From contig RSEE01000159.1 in NCBI GenBank assembly GCA_003971905.1, forward strand, positions 62,001 to 95,998: 33,998 nt of DNA, given 5' to 3'. The notes beneath the pieces were generated by a model. The model did not search any database. It saw only the letters and a list, made by a program, of their open reading frames with translations, and was not told the origin of the DNA. Each line of letters begins with the position of its first letter. Position 1 is the stretch's first letter. Origin of the DNA: Moniliella sp. 'wahieum'. Taxonomy: Eukaryota. Position numbers and translations under genes: made by a program. This document shows, in pieces, positions 1-10,665 of the stretch.

Positions 1-347
1 GCCGGGTATGCTCCCTCCACGCGCCCAGTGTTTGCAGTCCGGGTGGATCGAATAGAACACTTTGCATTGTAAAGGAGCTTGGGTGGGACGCATCCTCTCT
101 TATCATCGATCGATGATTGCGTGTCATTGGGATCTCACGAGTTGAGGAATAACCATCGGGTGGGGGGCGTGCACACTCGCTTCTCTAAATAGGGTAGCCA
201 ACCCCAAACACAGATCTGCGTGTTTTGCCGCGGGGACTTGGGGTGCGTGGGTGGGCGGGAATCGAAGGCAAGCGAATCGGGCACAGCTCCCAACCAGGAG
301 TAGGTGCTCAGGTGGGGGTTAGAAGGGCGGGCTCCTTTCCCGACACA

Positions 348-387
348 GCCATCGCCATCGCCATCGCCATCGCCATCGCCATCGCCA
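348..387. repeat. (GCCATC)6.7 hexanucleotide microsatellite just upstream of, or at the N-terminus of, CDC7
   Basis: Six perfect GCCATC units plus GCCA. In the CDC7 reading frame it reads as a Ser-Pro dipeptide repeat. Confidence 0.95.
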
Positions 388-432
388 GCGTCAGCGTTTA
401 TTGCGCCCACTCTCCCATTGGCCAAGTTGATC

Positions 433-2035
433 ATGTCGCACCTCTGTGATGGGGCGCGCCTCCCCAGTGACGCATTCAACCCTGCCGTAGATGAACCGCG
501 ACTTTACCCCCCGATTGAAAGCAGCGGGGAGGTACGCGTTCTGCGGGATGCTGCCGAACTGTCTCAAATCAGCGAGGAAATTGAGGCCCTTGAAGCCCAG
601 ATGGAGGGATTAAAAGAGCAGTACTACATTATCGACAAGCTCGGAGAGGGGACGTTTAGCGTGGTGTACAAGGCCGTGGATCTTCTTCATACGGAGTACG
701 ACAATGAAGAGTGGGTCGAGACGTATGCTCGCTCGATGGCCCCCGGGGCTCTTCCGTGGTCCATGAAGGAGGACATGGACTTTGATCAGGCTGGAGAGAG
801 CCAAGCAGACCGGGGGGCAGCACAACGGTACATGCGTGCCTCTGAGTACATTCGCAAAACGGGAACACCCGTCTATGTCGCACTCAAGCGCATCTTTGTC
901 ACCAGCAGCCCAATGAGGATCTACAATGAGCTCGAGATCCTTAATCGCTTGCGCGGGGGAGCTTGCGTGAGTTATTTGATCACGGCCTGGCGGTGTGAAG
1001 ACCAAGTAATTGCTGTCATGCCCTACGTGCGGCACGTGACTTTCGTGAATACTACAGAGTCATTCCCTTGAGTGACCTGCGATACTACTTCCATTCCCTA
1101 CTTAGCGCTCTGCGCTGGTGTCATGCGCAAGACGTAATGCACCGCGACGTCAAGCCAGGCAACTTCCTCTACAACCCCGTAACCGGCACAGGCACTCTTT
1201 GCGACTTCGGTCTGGCTGAAATCTTTGATCCGTCGAGATGGCAGGGCAACTGCCACCATGTGCTTGCGAGCCACAACCACACCCATGGACAGACGAAGAT
1301 CAACGAGCAGACCTACTCACCCACTTTGCTCCAGGGAGCATGCTGCACCCTAACTCTCGCCCTTCAACAGTTGGGGAGACGATTGGCACGGTGCCGGTTC
1401 AGACATACCAGCACCTCCATGCCAATATTGCGATTGCTTGGGGGAAAACGGCCAAGCCCGGGTATTCGCAGCACGACAGCCGTCCTTCGGTTCGTGCCAA
1501 CCGAGCTGGGACGAGGGGTTTTCGCGCACCCGAGGTACTTTTCAAGTGTCCCGACCAAACTGTCGCGATTGACATATGGTCGGTTGGAGTTATAATGCTT
1601 GCATTTCTTACCAAGCGTTTCCCCCTTTTCAATGCTCTAGACGATGTTGAGGCTCTCCTTGAGGGGTACCATTTTTGGCAAGCGCCGGATGGAGCAAGTT
1701 GCTCTTTTACACAGTGCGTTCCGTTCCTCTCTCTTTCTGTATGTGTTCCTTATAGATTGACCACAATGTGGACAGACCGCACTTTTATTTGCACCGTCCC
1801 CACGGTAGACGAGAGTCTTACGACCCGAGTTCCTGATTGGATTCACTTACTTAACCCCAATTTGACGAACACGACCAATATGTCTAACCCAAGTGAGTAC
1901 CTTCGACTGGTCCATACTGCAATTGAGTTGGCGAGAAGTTGCACGCAGTTGGACTGTACCCGGCGTTGGACTGCAGAGCGTCTCCTTGAATCGCATCCAT
2001 TCTTCGAGGGGATGGACGAGGAGAGCAAAACGTGA
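433..2035 (+). CDS. CDC7: Cdc7/Hsk1 (DDK catalytic subunit) Ser/Thr kinase; 1 intron, 3 apparent indels; true start may lie further upstream
   Basis: Motifs DKLGEGTFSVVYKA, VALKRIFVTSSPMRIYNELEIL, HRDVKPGNFL, LCDFGLAE and the Cdc7-typical RANRAGTRGFRAPEVLFKC...IDIWSVGVI. Intron 1714-1775 (GTGCGT..ATTGAC..CAG) gives LHNRTF. Frame changes at ~1038, ~1317 and ~1665. Confidence 0.93.
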
Positions 2036-2420
2036 ATTGTTTCTCCTCTCAAACCGTTCTCAGACTCTTCTGTTGCCGAGGCCTTAGTTTCACGAATTCG
2101 TCAGTCCGTTTAACATCAAGCCCCTTCAAGCTTCAAGCTTCATCCCTTGTTGCTTACCACAGGTGAGCATAGTATAACCAGTAGCATTCCTTACGCCCCT
2201 TACGTTGGCAATGGCCGCATGGCCACACATTGGCCTTGTTCTTATGAATATGCTACTGCCCTCTTCTGGCGGAAATGGGTGCAAAGATGGCTTCGCTTGG
2301 GGGACTATCCTCCATGTGCATAAAAATGTGTGCTAGGCAAGTGCTGTTCTCTCCACTGTAGCCCTTCCAAGTCTGGTAGAACTGGTGTACGGGGATGCAT
2401 GACGAGAACCAAAATATTGT

Positions 2421-3028
2421 TCAGTTCTTGCCCTCGCAGAGGGCAAGGAGGGCCTGGGTAAGCGGCTGTTGACGCACAAGCTTGGGATCGGGCATCTTGA
2501 GTGCTTGCAGCAGTGCGCTGGGCGATTGAACCTTGGGGAGGGGCTCAGTGTAGTGCCTGAGCAGATTGGCCTCGTAAGGGTGCGCATCACCGCGATAGAG
2601 CTTAAGCCGGGCAAGACGTTCGTACCGAAACGAATTTTTAGGCAGCATACCCGACACAGCCTGGCGAATGATCTGTCCAAGCCAAGTGTTAGTTGAGTTC
2701 CTCTACTCACAGGGGTGAAACGGACCCTCTCTGGATGATCCAGCCGCAATTGGTGGAAAGTGTGCACGCGAAGGGACCCTGGCCTGGTGGTGCTCTTGTA
2801 GTAGAGCTTGTTGAACTCCTTCTTCCCCGTCACAAGCACGTCTTCAATATTGGTGACAATGACAATGTCGCCGGCGCGGTCGCTGCCGGCGTCGTAGAAA
2901 GGCTTGTGCTTGCCCATCAGCACACGCGCCACAGCCTCGGCCAAGCGACCGAGGGTGCGGTCGCGCGCGGAGACGTGGTGCCAAATCCTCGTGTAGAGTA
3001 AGTCGCGTGCGCCGTTGACCTGCGACAT
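2421..3028 (-). CDS. MRPL23: Mitochondrial large-subunit ribosomal protein uL13m; 1 intron
   Basis: WHHVSARDRTLGRLAEAVARVLMGKHKPFYD...GDIVIVTN...TGKK...PGSL. Intron 2673-2725 (GTCCGT..CTAAC..CAG) joins to IIRQAVSGMLPKNSFRYERLARLKLY, the L13 signature. Confidence 0.93.
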
Positions 3029-3302
3029 GGCCGGGTGGTGGTCGTCTCGCCCTCCCCGGACTGCCTGCTGCCCATCTCGCCCAGCGGTAAACGTTAACCG
3101 GTAAACGTTATTCACTTGCGGCTTCGAGACGGGACGGGCCAAGCAACCCGTGCGGTTCCGCCTGTAATTTCATTTCCAGCGGTGCCAGTTCCGCCTGGCC
3201 CCGATTAGTAAAGCAGCGGCTGGGCTGCTGCCTCACCCAGCAGCGGCGCGCTTCCCCCTCCTCCATCGATCTGCCTGCGCCTGCCTGCGCCCCGCCTGGA
3301 CG
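3029..3302. promoter_or_regulatory. Short bidirectional promoter region between uL13m and NDUFA13 (two mitochondrial genes)
   Basis: Head-to-head ATGs 275 bp apart. Contains the chain TAA-ACGT-TAA-CCGG-TAA-ACGT-TA at 3088-3110. Confidence 0.7.
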
Positions 3303-3836
3303 ATGAGCAGCGGCTTCACCTACAAGCAGGACCTGCCCCCGGCTGCCGGCTATGCCCCCATCCGTACAAGCGCAACCTCCCACGCCGCGGCCCAGCTGGA
3401 TGGATGGCCTGTCGGCTGTGCTGCTCATGACCGTCGTGGCCGGCAAGTACAAGCTCGACACGCGGAAGGAGGAGCTGTGCGTCCCCTCCCCTTCGGACTT
3501 TATCTCTTGCTACGCCAAGGGTGTACTGACCCCCCGCCGGCTCTCAGCGAACTTAACCGGGAAGACCAATGGTCGCGTATTTTGCTCGTGCCTATGTTGC
3601 AGGCAGAGGCGGATCGTGATCTGCAGCGGCAGATTGAGGAAAACCGGCGTCGTGAGAGCAAAATTATGGCGGATGTGCCCGGGTGGGAGGTGGACAAGAA
3701 CGTGTACAACGACAAGAGCTACTTCTTGTCGTCGGCCGCCGCCGTACACCTATCCCACCTGTCGACTGAAGTGTTACTCTCTCCTGCCGGCAGGAATGTA
3801 CTGAAAAGATGGAACTTGCACTCGCCAGCGCTGTAG
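3303..3836 (+). CDS. NDUFA13: NADH:ubiquinone oxidoreductase subunit NDUFA13/GRIM-19 (B16.6); 3' end uncertain
   Basis: YKQDLPPAAGYAPIxYKRNLP N-terminus. Intron 3477-3547 (GTGCGT..TACTGAC..CAG). Then ELNREDQWSRILLVPMLQAEADRD...MADVPGWEV...VYN. Apparent indels at ~3362 and ~3405. Confidence 0.88.
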   Translation: MSSGFTYKQDLPPAAGYAPIRTSATSHAAAQLDGWPVGCAAHDRRGRQVQARHAEGGAVRPLPFGLYLLLRQGCTDPPPALSELNREDQWSRILLVPMLQAEADRDLQRQIEENRRRESKIMADVPGWEVDKNVYNDKSYFLSSAAAVHLSHLSTEVLLSPAGRNVLKRWNLHSPAL

Positions 3837-4292
3837 CGGGGATGGAACGACGGACAGCGGCGCTCTGGGTTCAAAGGGGCGCCGCAGTTCTTTATGCTGG
3901 GCCCAGCAGTCCATTATATAGGTAACCCGCCTCACTCCCCGGTAGCGACGCTGGCACATTGATCTGACCACGTGGGAGTAATGGCTTGGTATGTGACGTG
4001 ATGCCATGTGGAACGTGGAACACTGCGAATTGCTGGACGTGGCCGTGCCCCGAGGGAAGATGTGAGAGCAATGAAGTGAATGAAGACAAGGGGACCGACT
4101 ATACAAATGGAGTGTCCCCACGAGGCAACATGAGAGGTTCAATATAATATGTTGGGAATATTTTGCATTTCCTTACCTTCATTGGTCTTCATGACGCTGC
4201 AAGAACTAGTAAACATGGGCAGCATACGAAGGTGTAGCTTCTTGGTACGAGGCCGATTGCATTGTGTGATACCCGTCCTCAAACCTGGAGCT

Positions 4293-5533
4293 TTATTCGT
4301 CCTTCGCTTCGCCCTCCTTGCCCTCGCTCTCCTCGCCTTCCTTCGTCTCGCCCTCTTCTCCTTCGCTTTCTTCTTCGTTATGCTGCACCTCCTCGACCAC
4401 GACATAGAACTTGGAGTCGACTTGGGTGCCGGGGACCATCGTCACGTCCGAGTCGGCGGGGAGGGAAGGTCTTCGCCAACGTGGCGCCACCATGAGGTGC
4501 ACTGTCCTCTTCGATAATCTTCTTTCTTCTTCAAATCAGGCCGAACGACATCGGCATAGCGCTGGGCAGGTTCGTGTCGCGAGTTAAGATCCTTGACGGG
4601 TTGGTAGTAGGCCGTGCCAGCCAAGGTGGTAAACAAACCGGCACCCACCACGGTAGTCAACCAAAAGCGGTAGGTTGAGTACCAGCGTGGGGTCCAGCCC
4701 CACTGCGTCGCCTTGGCATCAATCCACCATGCTCCGACCCAGGAGAGCCACTGGCCAACGAGACCCAAGGAGAGGGGGGGCTAAGTGCCAGGGAGGCCCA
4801 ACCAGCGACAAAGGGGGCCACACCCATTGCGTACCGTGCATTGCCGTGGTGCCCTCCGAACCCGGCGAATTCGAGGCCCCAATGCATGGCGCCAACAAAG
4901 GAGAGCAGGACAGCACTGACCGTAATTTGGGCCCACTCAGCTTGCCCGGCCAAATGGAGGAAATGCTGAACCGCCTCTTCATTACCTGTTGACATCATAT
5001 TGTTAGTCATCCCACCTACGCCAGCGACCATACAGAAGACGAAGAAACGCACCAACAGCCAGATACGCCTGGCGAGTGAACCAAACGCTGCTCGCGGTCG
5101 TAGCCACAATAGGCACCGAGCCTGCCACGCCCCATCGTTTGGCTGCCAAGGGCACTGCATGAATCAACGCCTCGGTATCCTCAAGCCCGGTCTTGATGGC
5201 GTTTGTGATGGTCGTATCGTGCGGAACTCCACGGACAGGTTGCTTGTACATAGCCTCAAGCTCGCCATCTGACTCTGACGGCAGCTTCCCCCCGGATATA
5301 GTGGCCTGCGCCATCCCCAAGGTCGAAACCACGTCTTCCTTCACGTTCTGGGCCGCATGCTTCAAGTTCTTGGAGCCCGGGGCGCCGGCCCGCGTGTCCT
5401 CTGCCCAGAGGGAGGGAGAACTGTGCAAGGTCCGTTGAGCCATCAGAGGGATAGAAGCGGGGCCGACTTTAACGGGTGCATCGCCGGGCGCCACATGGCG
5501 GGGGGCAATCCGGGCAGCGGAAAAGGCAAGCAT
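4293..5533 (-). CDS. DUF3429-type membrane protein, probably mitochondrial, with an acidic C-terminal tail
   Basis: Presequence-like start MLAFSAARIAPR. WGVAGSVP, then AVLLSFVGAMHWGLEFAG...RYAMGV, then W..D..AT..GWTPRWYSTYRFWLT. Intron 4986-5052. Indels in the G-run at ~4775 and at ~4490. Confidence 0.75.
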
Positions 5534-6344
5534 GTTGGCGGAGAGCTCAGACTGTAATGTACGACGGCTTATTGCAAGATGGAGGATGGAGGGAGGAGGG
5601 AGAAGGGCGAGAGGAGCCGGGTGCGGCCAATTCGAACAGGTTATTATATAGTTGCTCGGAGAGAGATCTGTAGGACGTCTCTCTCTCCGACGGACCTTCC
5701 TTCGGGATCGAGCTGAGGGTTTGGCAGACGTTTGGGGGGGTGCGGCACGGGCCAGTAAAACAAACGGACTGGGGTATGACGCGGACGGCAGATGGTGGGT
5801 GGGCTGTTGGCCCGCCTGGAGCGACACGTCAACGAAGGGGCATAATGGTGACAGGCAGATGCGGGTAGCCTGTGGTCACGGACTGGACTTATTACATCAG
5901 AGTACTGCTCTTGGGCGTCTGCCTGCATGGCAACTAAGCACGGAAGAGTGCTGTCCAGTCTGAGCCAATGCACTAGTGATCAGATGAGCGATCACCTCGA
6001 AGATCGATGATATCTGCGACGCAGCACTTCGCCGCTACTATTTATTGGCCCGGCGGAGAAGTACCCGTGACATCAATCGAGCTGTTGACGCCAGCGTTGA
6101 CATCGTTGACGTCACACCCTGTGGACGGCGGAGTGGACAATGCGAGCTCCGAGTGTGCTGAACCTTAGTACTGAAATACTCAGTACTCAGTTGGCCTCAG
6201 TACTGAGACTCAGTACCGAGAGCGTGTGGTACGCGGTACGATGACCGTCGAAAAAAAGCGAGATGATACTAGTAAAGGTGGACCCCGATCTATATACTGC
6301 TTGATATAGGCAGCTGCGGCCATCACATGTCACACGAGGAGACC

Positions 6345-6385
6345 ACCGGGCCTACGGCCCGGTCAGCTGGGGCTTCGCCCCAGCT
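6345..6385. repeat. Two adjacent perfect GC-rich hairpins (8-bp and 9-bp stems, 3-nt loops)
   Basis: ACCGGGCC-TAC-GGCCCGGT (6345-6363) and AGCTGGGGC-TTC-GCCCCAGCT (6365-6385), separated by 1 nt. Confidence 0.9.
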
Positions 6386-6394
6386 TGGTGCTGC

Positions 6395-6495
6395 GTCGCC
6401 ACCGTAGCCACCGGTCCCCCGTCGCCACCTTAGCCACCGTTCCACCGGCCACCGTTCCACCTCCACGGCCACCGTTCCACCGGCCACCGTTCCAC
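6395..6495. repeat. CCACCG-based direct-repeat array
   Basis: GTCGCCACC(G/T)TAGCCACCG x2 (6395, 6421) and GCCACCGTTCCAC x4 (6433, 6448, 6468, 6483). Confidence 0.9.
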
Positions 6496-7204
6496 GCTGG
6501 AAAGACGAAATAATATCACCGATACGCGCTGGTGGGTGGCTGCGGACGTGGCACGGGGCATGCTGATGTAAAAGTGCAGGGCCGATCCTTTTTGCGTATG
6601 ACATGGAGATCTATGCAGTAGTGAACAGCTCGGTGGGGGAGACAGATCCACTGGGTCAAGGAAAATAGTGACTTTGGGGAAAAGGTGTGAGCAAGGAAGA
6701 GCCTGCCAGAGAGAGATTACAAAAGTATCAAGTGTGTGCCTTGACCTGTGGCAGATCCGCTTCCGAGCACGGGCCTCCCGCTTCCTTTTGCATTGTGCAT
6801 GAGACTGTGACGAGGGAGGACGCCAGAGGATACCGCTAATATATAACACCGCTATGCGCTGACAAGTCCACGATTCCAGACCTTTTCTCCTCCTCGACAC
6901 TCATGGCCCACATCCGCACCTGAGCCATCATATACACCGCTCAAACACGGAGCGAGGACGGAGGGCAGTGCAGCTAGCCTATACATGCAAGCTGCAGGAG
7001 CACGCGGGTGGATAACGACACATGGATAACTCGGTACAACGGGACACAAAAGGGAACAGTGAACCCGGTTGCGTGGTAAAACCGATCCCGCAGGACCACA
7101 GTGGTGGTCCAGACGGAATACATGGCAACAATAAAGAGAAACAAGGGACGAGCGGGGGAGGGAGGGGTGCGAAGATAACGAGATATGTAGAGCATATAGT
7201 GGGC

Positions 7205-10200
7205 TCAGTAACGAATGTTGACCACGTTCTGGTCCTCGGCCAAACGAGGCCGCAACTCCAGTGCGATCCGGGCCACGACCTCCTCCTGCCAGCGGGGGAG
7301 AGGTTCGCCCTGGTGCACACGTGGGGTGGTAGTGTTGGACCCAGAGGTCGAGCCAGTGGAGCCGGTGGCCGAATGGGTACGGGTGGGCGAGCTAGGGTGT
7401 TCAACTGCCAACACGGCAATGGGGATCAGCGCGGCCACCGTCAAGTCGCGCGGGATGAGGCCCGACAGCTCCATCAGTCTGTCGTCCCAGTGGAGCCAGC
7501 TGAGCCAGGGGGGGCGAGTGAGGTGTTCCTGGCTTCCCGGGTCATCGACCACGGGGAGATAAATCACTCGCTTCCCACTACGTCGCCCGGCCGAGGGAAC
7601 GCCCGGGGCGGAACTCTGCATTGGGATCGGCTCGCGCAACTTGACCGGAAGACGAAAGAGCGAGCCGGCGTAGCCAATTCCCCGTTGGATAGGCAGCTTA
7701 CTTGGACTGTCAGGCCGGATGGTCGTGGAGGCTACGGCCCGACCTAACGAGAGGGGCGAGACCTCGTTGCCCAAGGGCATGTCTTCTTTGGCATCGGCAA
7801 AGTCCGACGGGGAAGTCTGCAACCCCCCATGGTGAGAGACGACAACGTGCCGTGCAGGTGACGGGCCGAGTGTGACCCCGTCAGTGTCAGGGGAGGAGTA
7901 GGCGAGCCCATAACCTCCCTCCTGGGGCACGGTAGGGGTCAAGTCCTGCACAATCTCTTGGGAATAGACCGAACGTGAAAGATGACCTTGGTCCGGCCCA
8001 TCAAACACGATGGCCGACTCGACGGCACCAGGACCGTTGTGGTCCGTTTGGTAGCTCAGCACCGAGGTACGGCGATAATGCGCCGGCAGGGCCGCCAGGT
8101 CGCCCATCGAATCCCCCCCATCCTCAGCATCGGCAAACAGGGAAGATCGATCGGAAACGTGTTCCTCCGACCCACTCCCCACTCGGAACGCCGAGGCGGG
8201 CAGTTTCCCGGGCCCTGGTACTGCGCGACGGTTGCGTAGCCCCGAAGCGTCCGAACCCAAAGCGACACTCGAGGCGAGCGAAGACGAAGGACCGTGTCGC
8301 CGGTGCCCCCGCTCTGCGGCGGCGGCAGCAGCAGCAGCACCAGCCACAGCACCAGCGCCGGCACCCACAGCCACCTCACCAAACCGGCCGGCCGAAGCGG
8401 ACGAGGTGGTGCCTGAACTTGATTGAGCCAGTCCTTCGGGCCCGAACGAGTAGAACTGAACAGTCCGGTTTCCCAACTTGCTTTGGGGGTCATGTCGTTC
8501 TGTTCGGTATCGACCAGACCCAAGCCCACGCCAGGCTGAGAAGAGGGATCGACAGAGCGGCTCTGAGTGAGTGTCTTGGCACAGACAGGGGAACCATCCT
8601 GGGTTTCCTCCACGAGCTCGGCCGGCCGGGCCTGGGGAGTGGTACCTTTCAAGTGGGTAAAGAAGGCATGAGGTTGAGGCGCCGGCTCCGTGTTGCCGCT
8701 CAAACTGGATTGGGTTCCAAATACATCATCTTCCTCGGTCGGGGTGGTGCGAGAAACGTCATGATGTGCCCCCCCGCAGCTACGCCCGCCGCAGCGGCAG
8801 TCCCGGCAGCCCCAGCCAAGAGAACGTTGCGAGGGGTGCCAGTTGAGGGTTTAAAGGGAGTGGCTGGCGTGCGCGGCGTGCCAGCCGCAGCAGGGGTGGT
8901 GACAGCAGTGGGGTGAGACGAGTAGCTCTGAGAGTTGGAGGCATCCGAAGCGCGGTTGCTGGGGGATGATTTCTTACCCCAGGCGGGGGCGAAGGCGCCT
9001 GCACCTGCTCCTACAGCCGCTCCCCCGACAGCCCCCGTGGCAGCGTCCCCCGTTAACGTCGTTTCACCCCGGTCCATTATGTGGGAGTGGGTGGCGAGGG
9101 AGTGGCTGCTCTGACTGGCGAAGCCTGCTGCACACCGGCGTGACCGGCAGTGAGTGCGACGTGAGACCCTGAAGCGGGGATGGGGGTAGCCCCCAGTAAT
9201 ATCTTTCTCCTTCTGCTCCTTGTCTTGCCTCTTTCTTCCTCCGGCAGCAGCAGCACAAGAGCAGGGCCAATAGAGCCAGCAGCGTGGGATACCCAATCCG
9301 AGGCCGAGCCCCAGGCCAAGGCCAAGGTGGTTGGAGTGGTGGTGTCCAGCCGCCGTGGCGCCCTTGGAGGCAACGAGCAGCTTCATAGTAGCTGTGCTGT
9401 TGAGTTGTACCCGTTCACCATGCGCGACGCAGCAGCAACTGTTACTGTGCTGTTCCCCTCACCGTCCGAAGGAACAGAGCCGGAAAGTTGTGACCCATTG
9501 GAGTGTAGCCAGGTGGGACCACCCGAGAGCGCGAGTGCCAGTCCCCCCGCGCCGCGGCCGGGGTGAGGTATGGGGCAACATCATACTTAAAGTCTTGGCC
9601 TGGGGTGGCATGGGCATCCGGGAGAGACTGAGTGGCAAGGAGGGATGGGAAGAGCTGCATGGCCTGGGGGGCTAGCATCGTAGCGTTCATAGAAGGGATA
9701 GAGAAATTGACGGGCACATTCCAGGTCCTGGTCGAAGTGAGGTTTGTATCCACGGGAGGGGTGCCAGAGAAGGTACGGGTAGCCTCATCGAACTGCAACC
9801 AAGGGGCAGCAGAGGTATTGGCACTGGCTGTTACTGTTTGGGCAAGAGTACGGTTGAGATAGACTCGTTGACCGTCCAGGGTCAAATGTTGATGGGCAGT
9901 GTGTAGTTGAAGATAGATCCGGCGGTAGCGTTTGCCACATGCAGCGGCTCTGCCAGGGCAAGCACATGCTTCGCGACCACAATGTTAAAATTGCTGGAGG
10001 GACCTCCAAAACCAGGCTGGTTGGATGCAGTGACCGTGACATTAGCCGTGGTGGGTGTGTTTGGCGTGACGCCAGAAAAAGTGTGGTCAGAGGGATTGAA
10101 GTGGAGCCAATCGGGCAAAGGCTCGTGTTCGCCCACTTGCGGGGTCCAGTAGACGGGCGTGGCATTGTTAGCCTCGACAAATGAGTCGCCTTGGAATCCG

Positions 10201-10665
10201 AGAGAGAAGTTCTGTCCCATGGGAGCGAGATGGAACCGTCTGGCAAAACTTGTGACGAAGCCAGGGACGAAGCGATGCGGGGCAACTGTTGAGCCAGAGG
10301 CACATTGACGGTGGGCGCAGGCGCTTGTAGCACTTTGAGCTGGAACGTATCGTAGCCCGTGTGCAACCCATCGGAAGGTTCTCTGGCACGGCAGCGAGGG
10401 TGACGTTAGCGGAGGTTGGGTCAGAAGCTGATGGTGTGCCGAGAAAGTGAGAGTGTTGTTGTGTCAAAAGAGCACCACGAAGGCAATCCTGTCACCGAAA
10501 ATTCAACAGGGCCCCCGGCGTTGGCGACAAAGGTGTCCTGGTCTAGGACCCATTGGTATGGCTGACCCACATGGGCCAGCGGGGGGAGCTGAGCCTGGAG
10601 TGTAGTGACCTGGTGCACGGAGGCGTGAACGACGCCTGCGACAGCACGACGAGAGAAGCGAGCAT
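7205..10665 (-). CDS. Axl2-like type I membrane protein with dystroglycan-type cadherin-like (CADG) repeats; many apparent indels
   Basis: Signal peptide MLASLVVLVAGVVHA (needs a 1-bp fix). QLPPLAHVGQPYQWVL..DTF..LPSWCSFD..GTP, LPDWLHFNPSDHTFSGVTP and APWLQFDEATRTFSGTPP repeats. TM helix at ~9250-9325 (LGLGLGLGLGI..LLALLL) followed by CCCCRRKK. Long Ser/Gly/Ala-rich tail to the stop at 7205. Confidence 0.8.

Noticed and set aside
102..117. Perfect 16-bp palindrome ATCATCGATCGATGAT as a stand-alone element
   Set aside because: It is best viewed as a variant of the general intergenic palindrome phenomenon, with no independent evidence for a separate function.
6395..6495. CRISPR-like array
   Set aside because: Repeats are 13-19 bp with 2-7 bp gaps, there are no unique spacers or cas genes, and the context is eukaryotic.
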